From contig NMRA01001179.1 of assembly GCA_002633005.1 (NCBI GenBank), positions 1 to 42,750 of the forward strand: DNA of 42,750 nucleotides, read 5' to 3'. A program made the position numbers and the translations under genes. Positions 13,001-28,000 of this stretch are shown here, in pieces; the stretch's first letter is position 1, and every line of letters begins with the position of its first letter. A model generated the notes under the pieces. That model saw nothing but the letters and a program-made list of their open reading frames with translations, was not told the DNA's origin and made no database searches. The DNA comes from Phoronis australis. Its lineage: Eukaryota; Animalia; Phoronida.

Positions 13001-16000
13001 TTTTAAGGAAAGGCATTGTAGCCGAGGACACGGCATCTCTAGCGCTTGATATGATACTGAACATCTCCGCTTCTGCAAATAAAGCCTTCTCTCTAAATGA
13101 AATTGGTTACATTCTCGAGATTCTTGAATTTATATCTCAAGTGAATGTTAGTCGTTCTTCTACTGTTGAGGTGAGCTGAATATGAATAATGAAGCCAGCT
13201 AAGTCTAACATATGTCAGACAATATCAGTACATTGAAGGTTTGTCATTTTCGCCCACTTCTAAGAATCGCTTCAGATTGGCCTGGCTAATGACTTAAACT
13301 ACAGTGGGAATTTCTGACCTTGTGGATGTGTAAATTCTACAAATAAGCCAAGCGGTCGCCAGACATCCATTAGTTTACTAGTCAGAAGTTAGGGATATAT
13401 TTTACATCCTAACCATGAAGCAATAAGATTATTTTTCGTAAATCTATCAGGCACACATCCATATTTAGCTGTCTTTCAAGGTTGGTAATATCCATATAAT
13501 TACTTCATTACTAGTCGCACTTTACTGATGGTGTATACACTGTTCGTTTCTCTGTTAATTCAAAGGGTGCTGTTCAGCATGTTTACTACATATCAGTGCT
13601 ACCGAACCAGTTTTTTGTCTTTTTTAGAAATATTTAGATGTGTTGTCTGTCGTCATCGTTCAAATGATATTAAACGATGATCTACAAGTGCGACAGTATG
13701 CCATTGAGATCATGCTTAATACCGAAATCATTGTGGAACAGGGAGTGAAAAGTAACGTGACGTTTGAATACTCCAACGGGGAAATCGGTAAGCATATAAA
13801 AATAATCCGTCAAACTATTTCATTGCGTTTCGAGGCCCGTTTTATCTACGGTCGTAGCGTACTACGCATTTCACGACTGTTCTGCGACTCCTCATAGTTT
13901 CAGTCGCAGACCAATTCTCACCTGGTCATACCCTTAGTGTGACAGGGTGCTTGGTTTCTGTCTGACAAACTGCACATTAAAGTGAACTGATGAAGATGCT
14001 CCTTCAGTTCAAGAAGGCAAGAGTTGGATATTAGTTGCAATACTTCGTATAACAGACATCGTTGCTTTCGAATCCACGAGCCCACGACCATGGACAACCA
14101 TTGACTAACTGGCTCCCGATGTGTAAAAATCAGTTCTCCTTGATTTTGCCGTATCCAGCTGCCTGGTCAAAAGCATTGTCATTCTTATCACACCAAAATT
14201 TCATATATTCAGTTCAAAACACCGTACAAACAAAATTGTGTCAGTTTAGTGCTGACTAGGGCCGAATTTTGTTGAGTAATACCAATACTATACCGACGTA
14301 GATTGAACATCGGTCTAGATTTATTTCGTAGTAATTAAGATGTTAGGAATGTCATTTGTTTCAGAAATCTGGTTGGACTCATTTCAACGAAATGAGACTG
14401 AGATTAAATTATGCGGTGACAAATGTGAAGTAGAAATAATCCTCGAGAAGAACGTCACAAAAGATTGTCAAGGTAAGAACTTACCATCTGGAAATTGTTT
14501 CACTTGGGATAGTCCAAATTGTTCACTTGGGATAGTCCAAATTGTTTCACTTGGGATAGTCCAAAGTATGTCACTTGGGATAGTCCAAATTGTTTAACTT
14601 GGGATAGTCCATATTGTTTCACTTGGGATAGTCCAACTTGTTTCACTTGGGATAGTCCATATTGTCTCACTTGGGATAGTTCAAATTGTTTCAATTGGGA
14701 TAGTCCAAATTGTTTCACTTGGGATAGTCCAAATTGGTTCCGTTGAGATACTCTAAATTGTTTCACTTGGGATAGTCCAAATTGCTTCACTTGGGATAGT
14801 CCAAAATGTTTCACTTGAAATAGTCCGAATTGTTTCACTTGGGATACTCCAAATTCTCTCGCAACACCTACAACAAAGATTTCTCTAATTTCATCATCAT
14901 GGACGAGAGTGAAAAACAACTTGGTGTAGATGTGGTTGAAATTACTAATATCGTATCGGTAAAACAATCCAGAAGGTCCTTTTTAGGGTGTACCAGACGT
15001 GAATTGGCAGCATGGTTTGGTCCATTGCGCACCTTTTGGGAAACTCATGGGATTCCTCCATCAGGCTATACATAAGAGCAGTTTCGGGTTTTCTAGGTCC
15101 AAGAATATGTCTAGATTTTTCATGGTGCCATACCCCATCTTAACCTATGAATTGTTGAATAAGTAACTGCCAGAGCATTAAGTATCCTGGGAAAATTTTG
15201 TTACCCCTCCGAGATCATCTTCCAAATCATCTCCGTCGAAATTGCGTATTTCCCCTTTCCCGCCAAGCTCCTTTTCACTAAAGTGATAATTCATATGTCT
15301 AATATATCATTATTACTACCATAAGCAGGACATAATCGTCGTCATCGTCATCTCCATTTTCGTGCTTGTCGCCTTCATAAGCGTTGTTATCATGTGCAGT
15401 GGTCTGTAAACGGAAATCACATCGCCTTGAAGGAAGCCGTGTAAACAATGACCTGACTGAAACAACTGCTTCACATTTGTGCTGTCTTAGTTAACTGAGG
15501 GTACATTTTGCTACCAGACACTGCCCACGTGCTTACGATTGATAAAGCAATACTTTTCCCCAGTTTCAATAAACGAGACTATTTTCCAGTAAGTCTTGTC
15601 TCCTTTTCATCTCTGGAAAAAGAGGTTGGAACGCTCTCGTGTTAATTACGTGATATATGTCAAACATATATGGTCTGTTCCAGGTACCGTGGCGTTTGTT
15701 GTCTATAAAAACCTGCACAAAAAAGCACCAACTATAAGTTGCGACTCCGCACAGAACGCGTCTATCAATAGCAAGATCGTCTCAGTGTCTTTGTACAAAC
15801 ATACAAAAGAACGTCAGATAAATCTGGAAAGAAATATTACACTGATATTATCCCCCATTGTAAACGTAAGTAAAGATAAAAAAAAAAATTATTTACATCG
15901 GTTTTTGGTTATAATAGAATAAAANGTTCGACACATCATGCTTGTGGATCCTAAGAACTGTTGTCATTTGTTTCAGAAATCTGGTTGGACTCATTTCAAC

Positions 16001-19000
16001 GAAATGAGACTGAGATTAAATTATGCGGTGACAAATGTGAAGTAGAAATAATCCTCGAGAAGAACGTCACAAAAGATTGTCAAGGTAAGAGCTTACCATT
16101 TGGAAATTGTTTCACTTGGGATAGTCCAAATTGTTCACTTGGGATAGTCCAAATTGTTTCACTTGGGCTAGTCCAAAGTATGTCACTTGGGATAGTCCAT
16201 ATTGTTTCACTTGGGATAGTCCAACTTGTTTCACTTGGGATAGTCCATATTGTCTCACTTGGTATAGTCCAAATTGCTTCACTTGGGATAGTCCAAAATG
16301 TTTCACTTGAGATAGTCCGAATTGTTTCACTTGGGATACTCCAAATTCTATCGCAACACCTACAACAAAGATTTCTCTAATTTCATCATCATGGACGAGA
16401 GTGAAAAACAACTTGGTGTAGATGTGGTTGAAATTACTAATATCGTATCGTCAAAACAATCCAGAAGGTCTTTTTTAGGGTGTACCAGGCGTGAATTGGC
16501 AGCATGGTTTGGTCCATTGCGCACCTTTTGGGAAACTCATGGGATTCCTCCATCAGGCTATACATAAGAGCAGTTTCGGGTTTTCTAGGTCCAAGAATAT
16601 GTCTAGATTTTTCATGGTGCCATACCCCATCTTAACTTATGAATTGTTGAATAAGTCACTGCCAGAGCATTAAGTATCCTGGGAAAATTTTGTTACCCCT
16701 CCGAGATCATCCTCCAAATCATCTCCGTCAAAATTGCCCCTTTCCCGCCAAGCTCCTTTTCACTAAAGTGATAATTAATATGTCTAATATACCATTATTA
16801 CTACCATAAGCAGGACATAATCGTCGTCATCGTCATCTCCATCTACATTTTCGTGCTTGTCGCCTTCATAAGCGTTGTTATCATGTGCAGTGGTCTGTAA
16901 ACGGAAATCAAATCGCCTAAACAATCCTTGAAGGAAGCCGTGTAAAAAATGACCTGGCTGAAACAACTGCTTCACATTTGTGCTGTCTTAGTTAACTGAG
17001 GGTACATTTTGCTAGCAGACACTGCCCACGTGCTTACGATTGATAAAGCAATACTTTTCCCCAGTTTCAATAAACGAGACTATTTTCCAGTAAGTCTTGT
17101 TTCCTTTTCATCTCTGGAAAAAGAGGTTGGAACGCACTCGTGTTAATTACGTGACATATGTCGAACATATTGGGTCTGTTCCAGGTACCGTAGCGTTTGT
17201 TGTCTATAAAAACCTGCACAAAAAAGCACCAACTATAAGTTGCGACTCCGCACAGAACGCGTCTATCAATAGCAAGATCGTCTCAGTGTCTTTGTACAAA
17301 AATACAAAGGAGCGTCAGATAAATCTGGAAAGAAATATTACACTGATATTATCCCCCATTGTAAACGTAAGTAAAGACCAAAAAAGAATTATTTACATCG
17401 GTTTTGGTTATAATAGAATAAAAAAATGACAATCGCCGGACGAATGAAAATGACTGTTCATATTGATTCGATGTTTCGTCCGTTCATTACACATAATGAG
17501 ACATCAAGTGCCGACAAAGGGGAGCAACAATGACAGGAATGAGTAAATAGGTCATCATCATAGCTGTAGGATCAGCAGCATGCTGGTCTTGAATGGCCAA
17601 TGACTCTGTATTGTAGAGTAATTGCTTTATAGCTTCTTTACAGATTATACTGACTCAATTAGTTTCAGTGGTTGTTACAGACACAATGCCTATAGAAGTT
17701 GCTTTTGTCTGAGGTGTGAATCATTATGATCTTTTTCAATTGTGTGGCGATTGTCCATTTTTTGATCAAATATGTGTTGGTTCACTACTAGTGTGTGTAT
17801 AACATGATCATTATTCATGAGAAAAAGCTAAACATGTGTGTATTAATAATAGTTTCGTTGGTAGACTCAAATCATGATGACCCTTATATAGTACTTGTTT
17901 ACTCTTTTATTAATCACTGTTGTATTCATTCATTTTAACCATACTTCGTTATTCCCAATGCATTCACAATGTTGTATTCATTCATGTTTAACCGTACTTC
18001 GTTATGCCCATTGTATTCACACTGTTTTCCTAACATTTGAGTTACTTTCAATTTAGAACAACGACTTGGTGACAAAGTGCGCTTATTGGAAACAAGCTAT
18101 AAGGTAACTAGTTCCCAATTCTTTGAAACGAAATACAAAGCCTTCTATACCATTCCACCGACTTAAAATTATAATTAAATGGTATTTGGTAGCAAGTAAA
18201 CTGGTCGCGTATGTCCCAAATCAATTGCTAGCATACCGGCTATACATTATCTGGATTCTGATTTAGATAAGTAATATCCCATTGAACTATAATCTGGTAT
18301 GCACACACATTGATTTTTGCTTTCAATTTGAATCAGTTGTGTTCATTGTTTAAGACGATGGAGCTTGGATGGCTGTTGGCATCATGTAGATGAAAACGGA
18401 AGACACGTGTGCACGTGCAACCACATGACAAACTTCGCTCTTCTTCTGGTTGCGAATCCGGACGTACAGGTGGTTTACTTTCAAATCTCATGACGACATA
18501 TTGAAGCATTGCTGCTACTTGATGACAGTGTCGAAGCATTGCTGCTACTTGACGACATGAAATAGTGACATAAAACAAGGAATGTCATGAGATAGTGACA
18601 TAAAAAATGGTCGCACCCACTAAGCCAATAAGAGAACAACCTATAAAAATTTCTAATGTGGAAGTCAGATGTTTATGTCATGACACGTGCCTGTCGACTC
18701 GAAGGCTGTCCTATTCTGAATAATGTGTGAGATGACTAAAGTGTCTTTACAGACAAGCTAATTCGTTTGCATACTCTGCAAGCACCAAGAAGCAGATAAA
18801 CGTGACGCTCAATTAGACAAACCACATATTTATTTACAGATCGATTCGGTATCGGATGAAATCTTGTCCATATTATCGACAGCTGGGCTAACGTTGTCTT
18901 TGATAGCGCTGGGAAGTCTTTTAGCGTGTTACATATTACTGAAGTAAGTCAATCTTCACGATTATACGAACTTCATATATAGACGCTTTGGTTAGCCAGT

Positions 19001-22000
19001 AATGAAATATATCAAATAAACACAGAAAAATCAGGAACCCCAACTGGTAATCGAACCACAGGTCTCTAGATTGCCGGACTAGTGCTCTCATCACTGAGCT
19101 ACTGAGGACCCGATATTTGCGCAATTACTGTTTACAGCCAACCGTTAAGTCATACATCCCATGAGCGGCGTTTCGCACGGGATTTGGACAATAAGCAATT
19201 CACCAGTACGTGTCAACTAGATATAGTAAATATATAGACGTTCAGGTTGGCCAGTAATGAAATATATCAAATAGACACAGAAAAATCAGGAACCCAACTG
19301 GCAGTTGGGGTTCCTGATTTTTCTGTGTTTATTTGATGTACGAAATTCATAAATGCAATACATTTATATTCGCAAGACGTAGAAAAGCGTTGGCGTGGTT
19401 GGACAGCCTCTATCCGAAGTTCATTTGTAGAAACTGACCGTACGTACGTTCCGTAGGCGTAAGACCATCCAAGACTTCGTGATGTATTGCTAAGTTACCA
19501 CACTAGCTTCCTTCACGAGATTCTTGCGTCTTCGGCATTTTACCGTGGTTTGTTAGCTCGTGCCATAAGCGTTCGAATACATTTAGCATTTTTTTGTAAA
19601 ACATCGATTTCAGTCAGTGTAGGCCTAGATATTCAAGATATAGACACTGGAGAATGTTTTTACTGTTCCTGAGTACTTCAACAGGGAAAGGAACAGTGGT
19701 ATGTTGGAAGACAAGCATAAGAAAGTGGTACTTCATAAAGAATGCTAGTCCATGTTCACCTGATAAGGACTTTTTAAATGACACACGCTGATCATTTCTA
19801 TTTTTGTTTTGTCTTTTAGGCTTCTGAACACCCAAAAGTTTATGATTCACTCCAACTTGGCGCTAGCCTTATTCTTGGGACAAATTTTGTTCATTACCAA
19901 CGCATCAACTCCTCACCACAAGGTAAATCAACGTGCAGCTGGTGAAGAAGATCTATACAGTAGATTTTACAATTCAAGCAACAAATACAATGTAGGCTAC
20001 CTTTGGTTTTGGCGTCTTGAGCTACTCGATAGTAACTTTTTATTGCGCGTTTCCCTTGCTACCCGCCAGTTCACCAAATGCAGTCTAGCCCTGGCATGCC
20101 AATTTCAATTTCGCCCTGCTGAGGTTGCGCCGCGTATGCGTGGCATCAGTTTGCATTCGTTCGTTCTTGCGGCATTTTACAACCCAATTGTATAGGAGTC
20201 TTGCCATTCATTAGAATGCCCTCCACCAGTTCTTGATGGCGAATTAGTATTACATGAACAAGCGATACACAGTTAACTTGATAATAATTGTCTTTTCTGA
20301 CAGGATTAATTTTTTGATTCTAAAACCAAGAGTTTTACCAAACTGCATAAAATAACAGGGTGTAATAGTAAAATAAAAAGGAATTGAACCAGATAGGTAA
20401 TGTGAATGGGTAATTACACCAGCATGGAATCATTTCATTATGATTCAAAAGATTTCTACCCAATCAAATCATTTCATTATGATTCAAAAGATTTCTACCC
20501 TATGGAATCATTTCATTATGGTTCAAAAGATTTCTATCCTATCAAATCTTTCATTATGATTCAAAAGATTTCTACCCTATCAAATCATTTCATTATGATT
20601 CAAAGATTTCTACCCTATCAAATTATTTCATTATAATTCAAAAGATTTCTACCCTATCAAATCATTTCATTATGATTCAAAACATTTGTACCCTATCAAA
20701 TACTTTCATTAGGATTCAAAAGATTTCTACCCTATCAAGACAAAGATTTTAGAATATGGATTCCTCACAGTTCCTAGTCAGGCATTCTGCCAATTATATA
20801 TCTTAGCATATAAAATGGGCGCCGTATGATAAGTTCCTATACAAAAAATCCTTGGGTGCCGTATGAAAAGTTCCTATACAAAAAATCCTTGGGTGCCGTA
20901 TGATGAGTTCCTCAATAAAAAATCCAGTCTGAGCTACGTTTACAAAAATGTGATCAGCAAATTACTTCCACTATCTCCCAGAAATTTGCAAATAAAGGCT
21001 TTCTGATAGATAAGAAATGAGCAAATATTTATTGTGTGGGTTTGAAATTTACGGTGTATAGATCATCACGTTGATTGCAGCGAATGACCGAACCGTAAAC
21101 AAGAGACATTGGAACACAGTTTCTCCTTCATTTCTTTATTTATTTATTTGTACACATGGACATCGGGCCAAAGTACAACAAACAAACAAACAAGATCATT
21201 GGAGTGCTATGCACACTAATCAGCAATACACAAGCTGTTCCGTCTTTTAGATGCGTAGTATACATATTTCCCAACAGAGGTATCAAGATTATATAAAGAA
21301 AGAGGGAATTGTCCAGAGGCTCTCAATGAGAAACTTAGCTCTGCTTTCGGAAAAAGTGACGCAAACTAACAAAAAGTGATATTCATCCCCGACACAATTC
21401 CTCGAGCGTAATGTACACACTCTGTCTTGATATATCACATTTACGTGACGACCAGTTCCTACTGCCAGTCTGTGGTTTGCACATCGAAAACGTGTAAAAC
21501 TTTGCAAGAATACTCTTGGATGATCATCATTTTTTAAATAGTTAACGTGTTCAAATACAACCTTAAAATTTTTGTAATAGAACTGCCATCTTTGCAAAGC
21601 ACAGTACTTAACACGCTGTGATAAAATATTTACAAACGACTCTTGACACGCGACTCCTTGGTTTACCCAAACATCGTAGAAACCATACATTGAATATAAA
21701 TTGCGGACTGAGCTTGCCCAATTTTACACATTTCTACCATTGTAGTCTGTACATGCTGTAAGCGACCTTGGATAACGTTCGTGTGGCATATTCAAAAATT
21801 TAAACCGGTACTTAATACAGCTAACAAAGTATCTCATAAGCATAGGGTATCTTCCACATTCACCCAATACAGCAGCGTTAGAGCAAGATCGCTTAGTCCC
21901 AGGGTCCATTCACAAAATTTTAAATGAATTTTTTCTAAACACTACTATTCTTTAATACCCCAAATCTCGGCACCCTATCACAATGTTGGATACACCCGTT

Positions 22001-25000
22001 TATCAAATAACTGAAAGGCAAGTGATTAGGGCATATCGCAATATCTGCGCTGTAGTTTCAAAACACGTGACGCAACTTTATTTGCTTGACAAGAGGGTTT
22101 TTGTCACTTTCCACCATGACGATTTAGGTGACGATAAAAACACCAAGATATTTATAATGAGATACAGCACCAACTTGCCGTTTGTTAGAAAACCATTTCT
22201 CATAGTGTATTAAGGGACCGCCATTTCTAATCACAATTATTTTGGTTTCCCGTAAATTCACAGCCATACTCCATGAATCACACTAATTATTGAGACAATT
22301 CAACATACGTTGCAAATTAGACGCTGTTAGAGAGCACAAACCCATGTCATCTGCATGTAATAGTCAATTAATATTTGTAGCATGCTCATCTAAGTAGATG
22401 GTATTTATGTCACTACGTGAATTGAGTTTTTCTAAAAACTCATTGAGATACAAAATTAAAAGCAGAGGATTTATCATACAGTCTTGACGAGTACCAATAG
22501 TGCAATTTGATAAGTCTGTTAAACCATGACGTGTTTTAACACATGAACCCAACTTGCCATACATGGATCGCAGAAATGATAACATATCACCATGGTTATG
22601 AATTTGCATAAGTCTATGAACAAAAATATGCGGTACTCGATCAAAAGCTTTTGAAAAGTCAATAAATGCACAATAGAACCTGCCACCGTCTTTGCTTTTG
22701 TGTTTCTGACATATCGCATACAAAGAAAATATATGATCCACAGTCGCAAAACCCTTGCAGAAGCCTGCTTGGGCGTCAAACAGTTAAACATTACTTTCGG
22801 CCCACTTATACAACCGGTTAATCAGTATGCTGGTAAATAGTTTCCCAATAGCCGACAGATGCGAGATACCTCTATAATTATTCTCATCGTCTGCGTTACC
22901 TGGTTGAAACAACGGAAATAATGTGTTACACCAAGCCTGGGGATAGAAACCCGACTGGGAAATTACATTGAACAACTTATGCGGAATCGGCAAAATGAAT
23001 GTTTTGGTACATTTTAACATTTCACAAGTAACTCCACCAGTACCAGTGCCTTTGCCATATGAGAGCTGATCAATGCTCTGGATAATTTCATAAGACGTGG
23101 AACTCAGTTTTACGACCGTTATGTTACTAAAATGTGGAGCCTGGAAAATGAAACTAGACATGATAAAGAGACAAATGGGCACCTGTTCCATAGCTGTCAA
23201 CATTCGAGAATAAGAAAAAACAGGACAACTGGATTTAAAAGCTGGACTTCCGCATAAAAAGCGAGGCATCTGGGTCTGTGGCAAAACGCAAGGTGAAATG
23301 TTCGCTGCAGCACACAAAGAAGTCCCGACGGCGTTTTTTATTCGAGAGTGCAACTGAGGGTGCCTCAAAAACCCATGAAACATCCCTTTTATTAGGTTTA
23401 GTCGAACAGACAAATAATGCTATATCGCGATGGAAATCAAATTTTTATTTAATGATAGTATGTCAGTGTGAACGTGTGACATTTTGATGGTGTGACGTAA
23501 TGACTTGAAAATAAAAGAAGGTTTAGTCCGCCAACAGCGGCACAGCTGGCAAGTGCAATGTACACTTTCAGCAACAAGGTATTATCGGATTGGATTTTCA
23601 CAAGGTAAACTTTTCGTTCAATTAAATTTTATTTCACGGGTACATGTACATTTTACAACTAATACTCACTGCTCAGAAACTGAATGAACAAAAAAGTATC
23701 TGGGCAGGAGGTAAGCATTAAACAAATGAAATATTATAGAAACAAGTGAAAACAGTAATAATTTATGTAATCACAAACACTTACACTTAGCTACGGAAAT
23801 ACGAATACTTTTTGGAAAGTCACTTAAATACACCTGATAATGGGTGCTAAACTTTTATAATTGCAGAGAAATCAGAAACCAAATGTCACTTGTTTTCGTA
23901 AAATACAGTGAAGAGATTTTGATAACCACAAATACAGTGTATGTTGTTGAAAAACTGCTGGCATGTAGGTTGTCGAAAATGATGCTAAGACTGAAGATGA
24001 AAAGATATCACAGGCCAGACTGTTACCGCTAACCCTTGCGCATGCAGAATGATCAACGTACATGTAATTGTGCTGTTTGTTGGCTAATTATGCCGTCCCG
24101 GGAAATCGCTGGCTGTCTAGAACCGTAGCTGAAAAGTCTTGCGTGATGAACAAAAATGCCAAAGTAAAAATGAAGCAATAAAAATATGTTTTTTTGAAAA
24201 CTACAACTCTCGATTAAAACTCAGTTGAACAAACAGCCGGAAATTAACAATGCAAAGTCTAGCAGTTAGTCTCGGAGTCGCAAACTCTAATAATAGAATA
24301 CATTGGTCACGAGCGGCAGCTGGCATTCCAGGGCTTGGGTTTCAGGGTTCACCGTGTCACAGCTTACGGGCCATCGACTGCTGATTGCGGTTCCGGACTC
24401 GCAAAACAAGGTTGAAATACAGAATACAAATACCCTGACCCACAAACAAGGCGTGTTGACCATCTAAAACCGTGTTTGTAATTTGTAGTTTACGTACGGA
24501 CGCAGATTGGCGAGTTGATGAGCTGTTCGTATTCCTTAAGCCGTGTATTCTGTGCCTATGGCGGCCAATGATCCATACATGAGTTCGGTGGATCGGTAAA
24601 CTGAGTGTATCGTGACTGTGAGCCGTGCTTGTTAGTGTTGAACTATGTTTATGAAGTACGGCAGCCGTGGTGTTCGAGTAGTTCTGATTCCACAGACGCA
24701 AAAAAATTCTTGAAATTCAGGTGTTTGAACATTACATTTTCTTTGAGGAGTTGCATAATATTATAATATCCAGTGCGAGCCACACTGCGTACAAGGTTGA
24801 TTAACACAGTTTGTATTTTTCTTTTATCCGCGAAGATTGTGTGCAAAGTGATTGGTGTTCTCCTACATTACTTCTTCATGGCGTCCTTCATGTGGATGTT
24901 TATAGAGGGACTGAATCTCTTTCTGATGACCTTCAGTGTCAACAGAGCAAAGACGGACATGCGACTCAAGTACATTCTGATTGGCTGGTGCTTGCCATTG

Positions 25001-28000
25001 GTAATCGTCGGTATCTCGTTTGGCGCGGGATTTGATGGTTACGGAAAGGTAGCCGGGTAGGTTGTACACTCTTTCACAGTGCTCCGAAAGGTAGCAATGG
25101 GGAATGTTGTTTATCATTTCTTCCGTTTGGTTAAAATAATGAAACAGACGACATAGCCTTCAGTCATTTGCATTGGTTGAAATCTGGGAAACCCCTTTTA
25201 TATTATTCTTATGTAGTATGGCGACCACCTTTGATTTCAATAGTTGCAATTTATTTAAACGGGCAGCGACCGAAGTATATAAAATCCAGGAAATCTCGAT
25301 CCCATGGCTAAGCCCAAACAGGAAAGCGGTTGCAAGTAGAGGCAATGTGATCGATAAACTTCCGACCAAGGATGCGCACTGATGCCTACACTCGAAATTC
25401 CTTGTGTCGTCTATTATGTTTCCACAAGGCCATCTTCCAGTAGCCTATACGTGGCGCTGTGTCATAGGGTAGGCAGGCTGTCCCAAAGAGTATCAGGTAT
25501 TCTCTTTTGTTGTAGGAACTACTGCAGCATTATTCCGTGAAAGCTGAGAAAAAAGATCCTAAAATCAGTTTTATCAGTTTTAGCCTCATTGCTTGTGCAA
25601 TCGCTGCTTAATTCAATAGCTTATGTTTAAGAACACAACAAAATTGGTTAGGCGCTTCTGTAGGCTACATCTGTTTTTCCAGCCAGCAGCTATGAATACT
25701 TATTACAGGTTGGTCACCACCATACAGTACGGACTTTTGTGACCATCTTCTTCTGTTTGGGGATTAGGGATGGTTCTCAGCGATAACTGCTGTCGATGGC
25801 GACATCCTTTGCCCCTAATATAAACTATGGATTATAAAACCAGACCATCACTGAAAATTGAACCTGTTCATTGTTTTTGCTGCAAAGCTCAGTTAACTAC
25901 AACAAAGCCTGGTCAAAGCATGCAGCAAAATTACGTTGGGGGTGTAGCATGTTGCGCTACCTATTTGTCGTGTTATGAATCACTGGCGGAGTGATCTTAG
26001 GATATAGTGTAGATCATGGACTCACTACGATCGTGTTGCGCTTTGTTTTAAATCGTGTCATAAAGAGTGCATGATAATCTTAAACAATTGCGGCTCCTAG
26101 CGGTAATTTCACGTTTCAGCGGAAATATCCGTGGTACAACGTTGAAATCGCTTGTTGAATTTTGCAGTTTGTATGCAATTGTCACACATGCTCCGAACTT
26201 TTCAGATTTGACAAATCTCTCGGACTATTGTGTCGACTGAAAGGATACACCGATCCGCCATCGTTCATACTTTAGTTGATGGTTTTTAAAGTATGATTAA
26301 AAGAAGTTGATTGTGCCCAGTGCTTTGATAATAACTTCATAGAAACTGTTGCCTCTTACTTCAGCAGAAACTACCGAAGTCTTAATAATGGTTTACCTTT
26401 TTGCGGATAGATTGAAACTTTCGGTTCACAAAGGATTGTGGGACATGTTCACCCAAGTTAAGAACCAATATGGTTCTTTGACCCAAATCACCACCGCCAG
26501 TAGACGTATATATACGATTTGTAGACATCGATGCATTTCAGTAGGGTTAGTCGAGCATTCCAAGTAGACACACGTTCGCGTTAATACACCATTTGTGAAT
26601 CTGGATTATAAAAGTCAAATCCCAAATATCTATCCTATAAATACGATGCACACGCATCGGTTTCAGGTATACGCCAAAATTATGCACATCAAAATATCCA
26701 TCATTCAGTTTTCATGTACAGCAGAAAAAATGAAAGCTGTTTAATCAGAGTGGGATGATAGTTCGATGTCTATTAGGGTTACACCTTGATGTTGTCATTG
26801 AACGTCTTTACATTAGATCAGTATAGTGTAATATGGTTACACCTTGATGTTGTCATTGAACGTCTTTACATCAGATCAGTATCGTGTAATATGGTTACAC
26901 CTTGATGTTGCCATTGAAGTCTTTACATTAGATCAGTATAGTGTAATATGGTTACACCTTGATGTTGTCATTGAACGTCTTTACATTAGATCAGTATAGT
27001 GTAATATGGTTACACTTTGGTGTTGTCATTGAACGTCTTTACATCGGATCAGTATAGTGTAATATGGTTACACCTTGATGTTGTCATTGAACGTCTTTAC
27101 ATCGGATCAGTATAGTGTAATATGGTTACACCTTGTTATTGTCATTAAAAGGTCTTAGATCAGTGTAGTCTTCTGACACATTAGTCTTCTTAACGTAAGG
27201 ACAAACACTTTCATGAATATTCCATCTACTTTAGAACATACTTAAAGAAACATTTTTCCTTTCAGGATCTGTTGGATTTCCCACGAAGACGGAGCAATCT
27301 ACGGTTTCATTGCACCATCTGCAGTGGTGTTACTGGTAAATACATTACAAGTTATTTCCTTTTTGAAACAAGATCAGCACCCAGAGTTCGAATCAACAAA
27401 CCGTGAAAACTTCCAAAGGCAATATGACTGAATTTCTAAAATAAGATCCAAGCTAGCCTGACTGGGCTGTGCTGTTAAAAATAAAACTTAAGTTATAACA
27501 TATTTGAATACAAACCAATAGCATTTCTAAAATCCTTGTCAAATGATGATCATGTTTTTTTTCTGAATCGCAAAAATCGCCCAACTGCAACCGAAGTTAC
27601 GATGAACTATTCTTTCCGAATTTACCAATTCACTCTGGGTTTGAGGGTGTTCACACGTGGTCTGTAATGAGCCTGGTAGATACCTGTAATTGGCGTGCCT
27701 GTTGTCATAACAGACAAAATACTGTCCTCGGCAGTTAGCAGAGAAGGTAGATGTTATCACACCCTTCGTCTGGTAAAGTCACTGAACGGGAAAACGCTGT
27801 CATGAAAGGCGAGATTCACTCCTGAGACTTTTGAATGGAATCTGAAAAGTACAAAAATAAGTAATGGCGTAATTCAACGATACTTTATATGTGCAAGTAT
27901 AATAGGCAGAAGCTACGATCCAGGTCAACTTTCATATGCCAAATACGGATTAATATTTACCACCAGACATTAGTAATGGAAACCATAAATAACACGATAC

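Larger units (their letters stand above)
14350..17424 (+). repeat. Tandem ~1.5-kb duplication (14350-15924 and 15962-17424) across an N at 15925
   Basis: Near-identical copies differing by SNPs, small indels and VNTR length. Confidence 0.95.

Noticed and set aside
14500-16411. Repeat-protein ORFs (QFGLSQVK)n and (CFTWDSPN)n as genes
   Set aside because: They are translations of an intronic VNTR with frameshifting units and in-frame stops.
19036-19110. Functional tRNA gene on the minus strand
   Set aside because: Acceptor and D arms are imperfect and it is embedded in a TSD-flanked repeat, so it is treated as tRNA-derived.
23160-26700. Assorted 60-115 aa ORFs and TE-like intronic sequence outside the TM3-4 exon
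   Set aside because: No recognisable motifs; most use non-ATG starts and are of chance length.
14496-27169. 24-, 37-, 39- and 58-bp repeat arrays as CRISPR arrays
   Set aside because: Units are head-to-tail without unique spacers, there are no cas genes, and the context is eukaryotic introns.
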